A DNA stretch of 64,000 bases from Candidatus Kapaibacterium sp. (GCA_963665665.1 OY762428.1:1184001-1248000); one strand, 5' to 3'. Positions 28,663-39,153 are shown, counted from the stretch's first letter. Numbers and translations: made by a program. The notes: generated by a model not told the origin, from the letters alone.

Positions 28663-30171
28663 TTAATTATCTAATTTAATAAAATTCTCTGTTTTAATTT
28701 CACCTGCCGCGAACTGCAAGCGAATATAATAGCTCCCATCCGACAGGGAAGATATATCAATTTCAGAAGAGCGTGCTTTGCCCTCCAGCAGTTTTTCACC
28801 TATGGTATTAAATATCGAATAGGAATACTCCATACCCGAGCCGTTGATATTAATTATATCGCCAGCAGGATTAGGATAAAGCAAAGCTTGTACATTGGCT
28901 TTGTTTTCTTCCACGCCTGTAACAACGGATTTTGGCAATATAAGTATGCCGGATCCCAAAAGCAGCCAGAAAGCGTCGCCATGATCAATTAGTTTAATCC
29001 TTTTAGATTGAAGGGACATATCTTTGTAAAAAAACTCGAATGATTTTGTTAATGAAGCAATCCCTTCCTCTGTTTTATAGTAAGAATGAGACAGGATAAA
29101 CTCCGAATTGGCAATTATATCTTCCCAATTCAGTTCAATTAGCCTGTTACTCCTGTCGATATTATAAACTCTTTTTCTGCCAATAGCAAATAATCTATCT
29201 TCGTCAAGCCTTGCCATCATATATATTGGTTCTGTGGTTGAATCCTTGCCGCGTACAAGCCCGTCGGTTTCGTTGAATATTTTCCACGATCCGTCATCTC
29301 TTAACATTGACAATCCTGAGCAACAGCGATACACTCTATCCATTTGCAGAGATTTATAATAATACAAAGATCCCATGGCAAACCATATCTTGTTCTTGTC
29401 AGGGAATATCTGAGCCACTTTCCTGCTGTATAGCTTGCCTTCAGGCCATGTATCTGTTTGTAACCTCAGTCTTTGGAAACTGAAATCCTGGTTAATAAAA
29501 TATATATCATCGAGGATACCCTGTTGAATATCCTCGTCATCGTCGGAAAGTTTTCGGCTAAGAACAATTCGTCCGTCGGGCAGTGCGGCCATAACATAGC
29601 CAGAAAATCCGTCGGCGCCACATCTTTGAAAAATACCAGAGTTATTGATTCTTATAACTGTTTCAAACCGCTTCCCGTCGTAACGCAACAGTTCGCTGTA
29701 TTTCTCCGGTGATCCTGAACTAAAAATTTCGGTTGTCACCCAAACATTATTAAATTTATCAATACAAATTTCACCGTATGAACGGATATTCCTGAAACTG
29801 TCGTCAATAAATATCTCCCGCCATTTTCCATCATTATAATTATAAAGCGAATAACCGGAAACCCAGATACTTCCGGTTGAATCGTAATTAATCGTTGACT
29901 GAGAGCCGCTCACCTTTAAATACCCTACCGAATCGCCTGTAATAACATCTGAAGGAAGTTCAGTCCATTCATCATTTTTATTTATAATGACACCTCCCTG
30001 ATCAAATCCTGAATAATATTTCTTGTAAAATAAAACAGCTGTTTCTCCGCTTTTATATGCCATATTATAAAAACCGATATATTCAAGCCCATAATCAAGC
30101 ATTTTGGGTAATTGGCCGCAATTTAGAATTCCAAAACTCAAAAATAAAAATAAAATAATTATTTTATACAT
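28663..30171 (-). CDS. T9SS type A CTD protein with two-component-regulator-like propeller repeats
   Basis: Signal peptide; YDSTGSIWV, IDKFNNVWV, WKIFNETDGL; CTD LYPNPA...GSYYIRL...FIK. Confidence 0.82.
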   Translation of the reverse strand: MYKIIILFLFLSFGILNCGQLPKMLDYGLEYIGFYNMAYKSGETAVLFYKKYYSGFDQGGVIINKNDEWTELPSDVITGDSVGYLKVSGSQSTINYDSTGSIWVSGYSLYNYNDGKWREIFIDDSFRNIRSYGEICIDKFNNVWVTTEIFSSGSPEKYSELLRYDGKRFETVIRINNSGIFQRCGADGFSGYVMAALPDGRIVLSRKLSDDDEDIQQGILDDIYFINQDFSFQRLRLQTDTWPEGKLYSRKVAQIFPDKNKIWFAMGSLYYYKSLQMDRVYRCCSGLSMLRDDGSWKIFNETDGLVRGKDSTTEPIYMMARLDEDRLFAIGRKRVYNIDRSNRLIELNWEDIIANSEFILSHSYYKTEEGIASLTKSFEFFYKDMSLQSKRIKLIDHGDAFWLLLGSGILILPKSVVTGVEENKANVQALLYPNPAGDIININGSGMEYSYSIFNTIGEKLLEGKARSSEIDISSLSDGSYYIRLQFAAGEIKTENFIKLDN

Positions 30172-30179
30172 GAATCACC

Positions 30180-30860
30180 TCAATTAATTATCTCACAATT
30201 GGAATTACAAGGTATTAAATCGTCATTCAGACAGTCGGTATCACCATCCTCGCATTCATCAAAAGGATATTTTATGATATTTAGAATATCAACCCCAGCC
30301 AATCCGATGCCCTCGATATAATTGCACATTACAGAATATTGATACAAGCAACATTGGACATCACAAACTTCTTCATATTCAACTTTGTAGTACTTAGATC
30401 CGTCCTTTTCATACACAGTCATATCAGGCCCTGTCCAGCAATCGTCCTGGCATTCTATATAAGTATCATAGTATAACTTAAGGTAACAACGTTTTTTTAC
30501 AATACATGGGGTTTCCTCATAAAAAATAAATTCTTGACTTGGAAATGTGCAACCGGTAGAAAGTATATCCACAATTATTGCTTTATACATCATCTGCCTC
30601 AACTCATTATCAGTTAGATATGCTTTGTATTTGTTCAATTTCGACCAATCAACTATTACTTCAAATCCGTCTGAAAATTCCCTAATTTTAACATCAGAAA
30701 TTTCTCCAATTTTTTCAAGCGAATTTTCACCCAAGGTAACTGTTTCAATTACTTCCCACCCGGGATCACCTGATGACGGAGGACAATCCTGGGCAATAGC
30801 CGGATATGCACCCGCTACCAAAATAAAAAATAAACATACGACCGCAATTAGTTTTTTCAT
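30180..30860 (-). CDS. Cys-rich secreted hypothetical protein
   Basis: Signal peptide ending AIA-QDCPP; 14 Cys in the mature part. Confidence 0.8.
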   Translation of the reverse strand: MKKLIAVVCLFFILVAGAYPAIAQDCPPSSGDPGWEVIETVTLGENSLEKIGEISDVKIREFSDGFEVIVDWSKLNKYKAYLTDNELRQMMYKAIIVDILSTGCTFPSQEFIFYEETPCIVKKRCYLKLYYDTYIECQDDCWTGPDMTVYEKDGSKYYKVEYEEVCDVQCCLYQYSVMCNYIEGIGLAGVDILNIIKYPFDECEDGDTDCLNDDLIPCNSNCEIIN

Positions 30861-31079
30861 AAAAACCTCTTACCAAAAATTAATAAAATATTCGCCAAAT
30901 AAGGCAATTTATTATGTTAATATTTTCAATTTATATTATGTCTTCCCAAAAATAATTAGGTCAACAAATTCATAACAGCGCTTATTTCATAAAACGTTTC
31001 AATTATTTATTAAATATGATATTTAAGTTTATATGCATCAAATGTAATAAATATATTTCTATATAACAAGTATTTTGTT

Positions 31080-31865
31080 TTATAATCTTACTAATATCCT
31101 TTTAATCATTTTCATCAATCTTTTTATTATGCTTTTCTTCTTTTTTTCATAAACCAATTTACCGGGCCATGCCCTGCGTACCTGCATTTTCCCTTTTATC
31201 ACATTGATGTTTTCCGGCGGCAGGCCGTGAGAATGCCATATTCGTACCAGCCCGCTAATTCTTTCACCAAACCCCCGGTAGTTATATGATATCGACAAAG
31301 TATATGGGTTGAAATCAAGCAATTCCATTGCCAGGGTAAAGAATGGCTGGTCATGCCTGTATCTATCCCGGTAATTGCTTGCAAGTTCTTTCCACTTGCT
31401 CAGAACAGCAGATACTTCCGGAGCAACGCTAAAGAAAATAACGCCTGAATTGTATTGAAGCTGTCCCTTGCAATCAATGTTTTCACTTTTCATAACGAAA
31501 TCAAATTTCATAAAGTAATCCAGGCTGTAGGCAGGAGCAGGGGCAACTGCAATTCCGAATTTCTCGGCTTTCTCAAATCCCAGGCTAATATCCTCTGTAA
31601 CCTGTGTATCGCTATCCAATAATAAAAATGAATCGTAGCCGGATGGCAGAATATCTATCAATTCCGTTTTTCTTAAGTGCCCGGATTGCTTAAAATCCAC
31701 CCTGGCCACTTTGGAAAAATGATCCTCCACCCTGACTGTATCGCTATTTTTATCGGTAATCAGAATTGTATCATAATTATCAAGCCATCTGCTTTTGGCA
31801 GACAATGCCGCCTGATTAACAAATTTCTCTCCCCAGGCTATATATAATACCGCCCTTCTTTGCAT
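31080..31865 (-). CDS. GT-A fold glycosyltransferase-like protein (GT8/nucleotide-diphospho-sugar transferase-like)
   Basis: LLLDSDT (DxD), YNSGVIFF, HDQPFF, YNYR, IWH. Confidence 0.72.
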   Translation of the reverse strand: MQRRAVLYIAWGEKFVNQAALSAKSRWLDNYDTILITDKNSDTVRVEDHFSKVARVDFKQSGHLRKTELIDILPSGYDSFLLLDSDTQVTEDISLGFEKAEKFGIAVAPAPAYSLDYFMKFDFVMKSENIDCKGQLQYNSGVIFFSVAPEVSAVLSKWKELASNYRDRYRHDQPFFTLAMELLDFNPYTLSISYNYRGFGERISGLVRIWHSHGLPPENINVIKGKMQVRRAWPGKLVYEKKKKSIIKRLMKMIKRILVRL

Positions 31866-31869
31866 TATC

Positions 31870-32601
31870 TTATTTATCAAGGTTTAGTGTTTCAAGAATA
31901 TGATTTATCCTCAGTTCGTTATTTTTCTCGATATCGCCCTCGACAAACATCGGAACCTCCACAACATCATACCCGAAACGCTGATACATAGTTTTTGCCT
32001 GCTCAAATACAGACAATCTCTGCTCCCAGGTGAAATGCCTTGATTCAGTAATATCCGGAGCCGCAAGGTCCATACTTTTAACCGGGGCAACAAGGAATAC
32101 CGGGTTGGAGTAACGGATAGCCATATTCAGTTCATCATACCAGTCAGGAAGCTTTATTCCGGCAAAATGGCTGAGCAGCTTCCAGTGATGAAAACACCTG
32201 TCGAAAAAAGTAATGCCCTTTTCAGAATTAAAATACTTTTCCCGGTCGATTTCAACAATAGTCTCAAGCCATGCTTCCGGAGCCTTTTCAAAATCGAGGC
32301 CCTTCTCTGCAATTCTGACGTTTGCTTCGGCCACGGATTCATGTATACAGTGGTATCCTTTGCCAACCATGGTGTTATCGAAATTATCCCCGGATTCACC
32401 ATCCGAAATACCGAATAATACCGTTGATTTCCCCGATCCGGGAGGCCCGTCCAGCACGTAACGTTTAATGTCGGAGCCGTAATCAAACTTCATTCCGCAC
32501 TGCCGGCACACAGAAACAAACATTCCTGAAGCGTCCCGGCTGATAATATGCTCCGTATCGGAAGCGCATGAAGGACATTTTTTCACCAATGAAAATTCCA
32601 T
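31870..32601 (-). CDS. Zinc-ribbon + AAA_28 (NadR/Ttd14-like) P-loop NTPase
   Basis: CPSC...CRQC; GPPGSGKST; FFDR; YQRFGYDVVEVP. Confidence 0.78.
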   Translation of the reverse strand: MEFSLVKKCPSCASDTEHIISRDASGMFVSVCRQCGMKFDYGSDIKRYVLDGPPGSGKSTVLFGISDGESGDNFDNTMVGKGYHCIHESVAEANVRIAEKGLDFEKAPEAWLETIVEIDREKYFNSEKGITFFDRCFHHWKLLSHFAGIKLPDWYDELNMAIRYSNPVFLVAPVKSMDLAAPDITESRHFTWEQRLSVFEQAKTMYQRFGYDVVEVPMFVEGDIEKNNELRINHILETLNLDK

Positions 32602-32609
32602 TTGCTCTC

Positions 32610-33227
32610 CTAAAGTTTAAAAGAAAGTTTTATACCTTCAACAACCATTCCCGTTCCCATTATTGCAAGAATCAGGCCCATTAGTTTGCCGATAACCGTT
32701 ATAAGATTCTTGCCAATTGCCTTAACAATATACTCACTTAAAGAAAATGCAAGATATGTTAGAAATATCATAAGCGCAAAAACAGCAATTACAATACCAA
32801 GATGAACATATTCAGTATTGGGAATAAAATTCATTGCCGTAACAATTGTACCGGGCCCGGCAAGTATAGGAATAGCAAGCGGAGAAACCGCCACCCCGTC
32901 ATCAGCATCAACGTGATCCTGGCTGTGAACCTTTGACTTCTTTGCCACAAGCATCTCGAATCCGACATAGAATATCAGGATACCGCCGGTAAGTTTGAAT
33001 GCCGGGATAGTAATCCCGAAGAGTTCAAAAATATACTTCCCGAGTATCAGAAAAGCCGTTACAATCAAAAAAGCCGTAATTGTAGCCGTACGGGCAATCC
33101 CTTTACGGGTTTTTTCGTCTTTTCCCTGCACCAGCCCAAGGAAAATAGGCGTATTGGCAATGGGATTCATTATAGCAAAGAATCCGGTAAATACGGAAAT
33201 GGCAAAAGTCAGTAGATTGTCTGTCAT
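32610..33227 (-). CDS. MarC family membrane protein
   Basis: FAIMNPIAN, FGITIPAF..GGI, PLAIPILAGPGTI, KLMGLIL. Start moved to ATG 33227. Confidence 0.92.
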   Translation of the reverse strand: MTDNLLTFAISVFTGFFAIMNPIANTPIFLGLVQGKDEKTRKGIARTATITAFLIVTAFLILGKYIFELFGITIPAFKLTGGILIFYVGFEMLVAKKSKVHSQDHVDADDGVAVSPLAIPILAGPGTIVTAMNFIPNTEYVHLGIVIAVFALMIFLTYLAFSLSEYIVKAIGKNLITVIGKLMGLILAIMGTGMVVEGIKLSFKL

Positions 33228-33373
33228 CTCATTTCCCTGAATATTTTGAATAGTAATAACATACAGAACCTGCCCCAAAAGCAGACTGACATTAATATAC
33301 AAAAAATGGTGGTGGAGACGAAATTTAAATGGGTGGAAAGAGAATTAATTATTCTAACAAATTTTTTATTCAA

Positions 33374-33435
33374 GGGACCAAAGCCCGTCTGTTAATTTCT
33401 TATTTGCTAACCACGAGCTAAAACACGTGGCTACT
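33374..33435. repeat. REP-like palindromic element (degenerate)
   Basis: Short hairpins gggaccaaagccc and ccacgagctaaaacacgtggcta, resembling CCACG..TAAAG..CGTGGCTA REP units. Confidence 0.5.
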
Positions 33436-33662
33436 TTGAATATAATTATAGATAATACGTTCAGTTATATTCAGTACTTTCTATATTATTGTCATTTTGC
33501 ATTATTTATTTATCGATAAATTATAAATTCCGAATATTGGAAATAATAATAGATATGTTTAAATTAAACTGTGTTATAACAAAAAGTGTCTTTTAGGATA
33601 ATTAGCTTTATCTTTTCCGGATTGAAATAATGTATTATTTTTCATTTGAATTTGATCAATAA

Positions 33663-34674
33663 ATGAGTATTATAAATGCTTCAAATGATGAATCATTTCA
33701 ATTAATTCTTGATATGATCCAAGAATCGAGAGCAAAAGCATCGAGAGCAGTAAACCATGAATTAATTGACTTATACTGGAAAATCGGAAAGTATATTTCT
33801 GATAAATGCTCTGTTTCGGGTTGGGGAAGCAGTATTGTTGTAAATTTATCTGATTTTATCCATAAAGCCGAGCCAAAGTCCAGGGGATTTTCATCTCAAA
33901 ATCTGTGGCGAATGAAACAATTTTTTGAATCATACCGTGAAAATAAAAAACTCTCGCTAATGGTGAGAGAAATAAACTGGACAAATAATATGCTGATTGT
34001 AGGCCATGCAAAAAGCGATGAAGAAAAAGAATTCTATTTGCAAATGACGATAAGAGAAAAGTATTCGAAATCAGAACTACTACGTCAATTGGACAGTTCC
34101 CTTTTCGAACGAACCATGCTTTCCACTGAAAATATCTCGCCAATAGCGAGAGAAATTTATCACGGGATAAAGAATCATATCAGGGATTTTTATTCTTTTG
34201 AGTTTCTAAGTTTAGGAGATAATTTCTCCGAAAGCAGTTTTCAAAAGGCAATTCTTAAAAATCTGAAACAGTTCATACTTGAATTCGGGAAGGATTTTTT
34301 GTTTATCGAAGAGGAATACAGGATACAGGTTGGAAATACGGATTATTTCATTGATCTCCTATTCTATCACAGGGGACTGAATTGTCTGGTTGCAGTAGAT
34401 TTGAAGGTTGGCGAATTCAAACCCGAATTTATGGGAAAGATGGATTTTTTATCTTGGGGCATTGGACAAATATGTAAAAAAAGAGCATGAAGCCCCGAGT
34501 ATTGGTATAATAATGTGCAGAACAAAAAATGACAATATTGTTGAAATATCATTGAACAGAAGTTCATCACCGACAATTATCAGTCAGTACGAAACGAAAT
34601 TGATCAGCAGGGCATTGCTAAAAAGCAAAATGGACGAGTTATTTGAAAATTTAATAAATATGCTTAATTTATAA
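33663..34674 (+). pseudogene. YhcG/DUF1016 PD-(D/E)XK nuclease family protein, split by a 1-nt frameshift
   Basis: VNHELIDLYWKIG, GFSSQNLWRM, IDLLFYHRGL, KPEFMGKM. The conserved FYL...PSIGII continues in another frame after the T6 run at 34445-34450. Confidence 0.85.
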
Positions 34675-34707
34675 GTAATCAATCAGTTCTTTGAAATGTG
34701 CAGATTC

Positions 34708-34784
34708 AACCTTCGGAAGGTTTGTGTTTTATATCACCGGTATTATCAACGACATGTTTCTTAAATAGGAACCTTCCGAAGGTT
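34708..34784. repeat. Inverted REP pair AACCTTCGGAAGGTT / AACCTTCCGAAGGTT
   Basis: Two 15-bp quasi-palindromes at 34708 and 34770 that are exact reverse complements of each other. Confidence 0.75.
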
Positions 34785-34918
34785 TTGGCAAGCGTAGAAA
34801 AAAGGTTAAAGCTCATCCTTCGGATCCCGACAAGTAGTGGACTGGGCGGGATTGGAGAGGTCAGTAGATGAATTATATTTTATAACTATTATTTTTAAAA
34901 AAAATATAAGGCCAAACC

Positions 34919-35479
34919 ATGAAAAGAGCCATTTTAATTATATTTCTAATGCTTTGTTTTTCTTTGTCATTATATAGTGGCAGCCAGGATACTATTTCTT
35001 ACGGAGATACTGTATGGCAGACTACGTATGAAGAGTTATTAAAAGAAGACTCCACATACTACTCGTCAAATCCATTTAAGATATTCAATAAAATTAATAT
35101 TGGCATCATTTATGATCCCAATGAATATTATAACAAGGATTACGTGACCATATACTCGAATACAGTCTGGAATAAAGTTGTGGAGATAAACCCTTCTCTT
35201 AAATATCAACGTGTATTAAATATCGAAGATATTGAATATGATAAATTGTTTAAGAAAATTGAAGAGTCTGATTTCAAAGACCCGGTTTTTGACAGTACAA
35301 AAACAAGAAAATTGCATTTATCCATTACCACATGGGATGGAAAGTTTAAAAAGACTTACAGGTATAATTTACCTGAAAAATATGAATTACTGAAGGAAAT
35401 GTTCTGCTGTATAAAACATGAGAGGATAGATTTTTGCGAAATGATGACTCGACTTTTATCCCATTACTTCAAAGACTAA
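34919..35479 (+). CDS. Hypothetical secreted protein
   Basis: 186 aa ORF with a signal peptide; no recognisable motif. Confidence 0.65.
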   Translation: MKRAILIIFLMLCFSLSLYSGSQDTISYGDTVWQTTYEELLKEDSTYYSSNPFKIFNKINIGIIYDPNEYYNKDYVTIYSNTVWNKVVEINPSLKYQRVLNIEDIEYDKLFKKIEESDFKDPVFDSTKTRKLHLSITTWDGKFKKTYRYNLPEKYELLKEMFCCIKHERIDFCEMMTRLLSHYFKD

Positions 35480-35565
35480 TAAAATCCAATGACAACAAGG
35501 TAAAACATGAAAATAAAATAATTATATCGATTTTAGTTGCTTTTTCGCAGGGGTAGTACAGTTCT

Positions 35566-36153
35566 TTAATACCCAAAAACTTCGAAATATTTATGCCATA
35601 TAATCTTTTCATATTTTGTAGCATAATTTTCAGCATAGTCTTCACCCCTTTGAGAGGAATACCTGTCTTTTGTATTAATTCTGTCGTGGTGATGTCCTAA
35701 TTCATGAAGCAAAATATGCAATAATTGGTATGCCCTAATCTGATCTTCATTGAAATGACAAACAACTACTTCTCTTTTAACTTCATATTTAACTTCCAAT
35801 CGGTCAAACAATTCTTTGTGCTCAAGGAAATAATCCTTATCAAGTGATGACTTCATATTCTTATCCCATGCGCAAATACCAATCACTCCGTCACAATACC
35901 AGCCGTCATCACCGCCTCCCTTACTAAGTACTATAGCATCGAGTTCAATATCAATTTCCTCCCAGTTTGGCAGTAACTCCAGGAATTTGATAATATCAGA
36001 TTTCTTCAGGAAATGTTTATAACCCGCGCCCGGAGGATCCCGGTCGATAACAAGGTAGTCCTGTCTTGTATTCCAATAATTTGGCGTATCTCTGTACAGA
36101 TTTTTTTTCTGTACTTTTCCGTTCTTAACCTTTGGCGTTGTCTTTCTGTTCAT
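35566..36153 (-). CDS. Hypothetical protein with HEXXH zincin-like motif
   Basis: ILLHELGHHH followed by GEDYAENYA. Confidence 0.7.
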   Translation of the reverse strand: MNRKTTPKVKNGKVQKKNLYRDTPNYWNTRQDYLVIDRDPPGAGYKHFLKKSDIIKFLELLPNWEEIDIELDAIVLSKGGGDDGWYCDGVIGICAWDKNMKSSLDKDYFLEHKELFDRLEVKYEVKREVVVCHFNEDQIRAYQLLHILLHELGHHHDRINTKDRYSSQRGEDYAENYATKYEKIIWHKYFEVFGY

Positions 36154-36174
36154 ATCTAACCCCTAACATGAATA

Positions 36175-38961
36175 TCACCCAAAAAACTCCTTCAGCGCCA
36201 TTCCGGTGTAAGACCTCTTATTCTTGGCAATATCCTCCGGTTTTCCCTGGGCAACAATCAGCCCGCCGCGCTCGCCGGCTTCGGGCCCGAGGTCAATTAT
36301 CCAGTCGGCAGATGCGATAACGTGCATATTGTGCTCGATTATCACAACCGAATGCTTCTGCTTTACCAGCCTTCGGAAGCAGTCATTCAGTTTGGAAATA
36401 TCGTCAAGATGAAGCCCTGTTGTAGGCTCGTCGAAAATAAAAAGAGTATTGGAAATCTTGTGGGTATCCAGATGTCCGGCAAGTTTTATCCTCTGGGACT
36501 CACCTCCGGATAATATCGTACTCGGCTGGCCAAGCCTGAGATATCCAAGCCCGACATCGTGAAGTATCTGCAATTTTTTGGTTATCTTGGATACTCCTTC
36601 AAAGAATTTCAGAGCCTCGTCCACACTCATACTTAGCACGTCAACTACCGATTTCCCTTTGTACAATATATTCCGTACTTCTTTTTTATAGCGTGTACCT
36701 TTGCAAGCTTCGCATTCAAGCTGTATATCAGGCAGGAACTGCATATCCACCTGCACTGCTCCCTCACCGTCGCAAACGTCACACCTGCCCCCAGGAACGT
36801 TAAAGGAAAAATGCCCCGGTTTCCATCCAAGTTGCTTTGCAGCCTGTGTATGTGAGAACAATTCCCGAATATGATCAAATACTTTTACATAAGTTGCAGG
36901 AGTCGATCGCCTGGACTTACCAATTGGCGATTGATCAACCATTTCAATATGCTCAACATATTCCGATCCGTTAATTTTTTCAAAAGCTCCGGGCATACCA
37001 TTGAACCCGCCTTTTAGCTTTTTTAGCCCGGCATACAATATATCATGAACCAAAGTACTTTTTCCCGAACCCGAAACACCTGTAACAACAGTCATACAGC
37101 CGAGAGGAAATTCCGCTTTCTCAATATTAAGATTGTGCTGCCGCGGTTTCAAAACAGTAACTTTGTTTTCAGGTTTGACTCTTTTCTTAGGGATTTTCAA
37201 TTTCATTTTTCCTGATATATACTGCCCTGTCAAAGATTTTTTCGATTGCAGCATATCATAGAAATTCCCGCTGTAGATTATCTCTCCACCATATTCCCCC
37301 GCTTTGGGGCCAAGATCAAGTATATAATCCGCTTCCCTGATGATATCCGGATCATGCTCGACCACTACCACGGTATTACCGAGATCTCGTATTTTCTTCA
37401 ATATTTTTATCAGCCTGTCGGTATCCCTTTGGTGCATTCCTATACTTGGTTCGTCAAGCACAAACAAAGTACCAACCAGGGATGATCCCAGCGCAGTGCT
37501 AAGATTAATTCTCTGTGCCTCGCCACCGGACAGGGTATGAGTAAGTCGTTCAAGCGTCAGGTAGTCAAGCCCGATATCGACAAGCAACTGAAGCCGCCAT
37601 TCAAGTTCCCTCAATACCTGCGCTACAATTTTTCTCTGATATTCTGTAAGGTTTATACTTTTTACAAATTCGAGTAGTTTTTCAAGCGGTTGGATAATTA
37701 GCTCAGGAATGTTTTTTCCTCCCACGTAAACCTGCCTGGCAGAAGTCCTCAGGCGTGAACCGTTGCATGAGGTACATTTAGTATAGCCGCGATACCTGCT
37801 AAGCATAACGCGGTTCTGTACCTTATACATTTTGTCTTCAAGCATGGAAAAAAAGCCGTAAACACCCTCGAATTTTCCAAATCCGTTAAGGATTTTCTCC
37901 ATCTGCTTTTCATCATACCTGCTAACGGGTATATCCACAGGGAAGCCAATTTTATCAGCTTCCTTGATCAACTGGCGGTTAAACTTTGCATGGCCCGGAG
38001 AACGGAAGGGATGTATCGCCCCGTTTTTGATCGATTTGGATTTATCAGGAAACACCAGGTTCAGGTCAATACCGATTGTTCTGCCGAATCCCTGGCAGTT
38101 CGGGCAAGCCCCGTAGGGATCATTGAATGAAAAGAGCCTTGGTTCGGGTTCATAATATAGTATCTCGCAGGAAGCGCATTCAAATTTGGTTGTAAAAATA
38201 TTATTGGAATTATCTTTCAGCTTATGGATTATTGCCCTGCCGTCGCCGTGGATAAGCGCTGATTCCACGGATTCATGCATACGTGAGCGATTCTCGCTGT
38301 CATGCCGTATAGCCATCCTGTCCACCAGCACAAGTATATCTTCAGCCAAAGTACCCCGTGGTATGGATTCATTTTCCAGGTCAATCATTTTACCGTCTTT
38401 TTTAAGAACGATACGAAAGAACCCCTTTTTACTGAGTTTTGCAAGGGCATCTTTCATATTCAGATTACCCGGTTTGAATGGGAAAGTTATATAAACTTTT
38501 TCCCCTTCAGGCCAATCCATAATTTTATTAACAATAGTGTTCGGAGAGTCTTTTTTTACTTCCTCGCCGCATTTGTGGCAATAAGTGGTTCCCACACGCC
38601 CGAAAAGCAGCCTCAGGTAATCATATATTTCGGTGGAGGTTCCAACCGTGGAACGCGGGTTTTTCGAACTTGGCCTCTGCTCGATAGCAATTGCCGGCGG
38701 CAGGCCGTCGATACTGTCAACATCGGGTTTGGCCATTCTCTCAAGGAACTGACGGGCATAGGAGGACAATGACTGTACAAAACGCCGCTGCCCCTCGGCG
38801 TAAATAGTGTCGAAAGCAAGCGAGGACTTGCCCGAGCCGCTCACTCCGGTGATAACCGTCAGAGAGTTTCTTGGTATATCAACATCAATATTTTTCAGGT
38901 TGTGGAGCTTTGCGCCCCTTACTTTTATAGATTTTAAAGCCTGCCCGTTATTTCCTGCCAT
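36175..38961 (-). CDS. uvrA: Excinuclease ABC subunit A
   Basis: HNLKNID, GVSGSGKSSLAFDTIYAEGQRR, LSGGEAQRI, second ABC domain LSGGESQRIKLA, zinc fingers. Confidence 0.96.
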   Translation of the reverse strand: MAGNNGQALKSIKVRGAKLHNLKNIDVDIPRNSLTVITGVSGSGKSSLAFDTIYAEGQRRFVQSLSSYARQFLERMAKPDVDSIDGLPPAIAIEQRPSSKNPRSTVGTSTEIYDYLRLLFGRVGTTYCHKCGEEVKKDSPNTIVNKIMDWPEGEKVYITFPFKPGNLNMKDALAKLSKKGFFRIVLKKDGKMIDLENESIPRGTLAEDILVLVDRMAIRHDSENRSRMHESVESALIHGDGRAIIHKLKDNSNNIFTTKFECASCEILYYEPEPRLFSFNDPYGACPNCQGFGRTIGIDLNLVFPDKSKSIKNGAIHPFRSPGHAKFNRQLIKEADKIGFPVDIPVSRYDEKQMEKILNGFGKFEGVYGFFSMLEDKMYKVQNRVMLSRYRGYTKCTSCNGSRLRTSARQVYVGGKNIPELIIQPLEKLLEFVKSINLTEYQRKIVAQVLRELEWRLQLLVDIGLDYLTLERLTHTLSGGEAQRINLSTALGSSLVGTLFVLDEPSIGMHQRDTDRLIKILKKIRDLGNTVVVVEHDPDIIREADYILDLGPKAGEYGGEIIYSGNFYDMLQSKKSLTGQYISGKMKLKIPKKRVKPENKVTVLKPRQHNLNIEKAEFPLGCMTVVTGVSGSGKSTLVHDILYAGLKKLKGGFNGMPGAFEKINGSEYVEHIEMVDQSPIGKSRRSTPATYVKVFDHIRELFSHTQAAKQLGWKPGHFSFNVPGGRCDVCDGEGAVQVDMQFLPDIQLECEACKGTRYKKEVRNILYKGKSVVDVLSMSVDEALKFFEGVSKITKKLQILHDVGLGYLRLGQPSTILSGGESQRIKLAGHLDTHKISNTLFIFDEPTTGLHLDDISKLNDCFRRLVKQKHSVVIIEHNMHVIASADWIIDLGPEAGERGGLIVAQGKPEDIAKNKRSYTGMALKEFFG

Positions 38962-39153
38962 TTGCAAAACCCACGGTTTATTCCAATATCAATTTCACAA
39001 GAAAGCAATATAAGAATAATTATTGAAAAGAGGACGAATGAAGTTATAAACCTGAAATTTATAAATTCAACACATTCCTCATCAGTAATATATAATTTAT
39101 ACTCCCCATTTTCGTTTAAAGCTTTCGGAATTAGGATTATTTTGTATTTAGGA

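Noticed and set aside
27949-30860. Cys-rich proteins as multiheme cytochromes or RiPP precursors
   Set aside because: No CxxCH motifs, too long for RiPP precursors, and no modifying enzymes nearby.
38962-39153. N-terminal extension of the redoxin ORF
   Set aside because: Starts at a non-ATG codon and spans the divergent promoter region; the thioredoxin fold begins after 39154.
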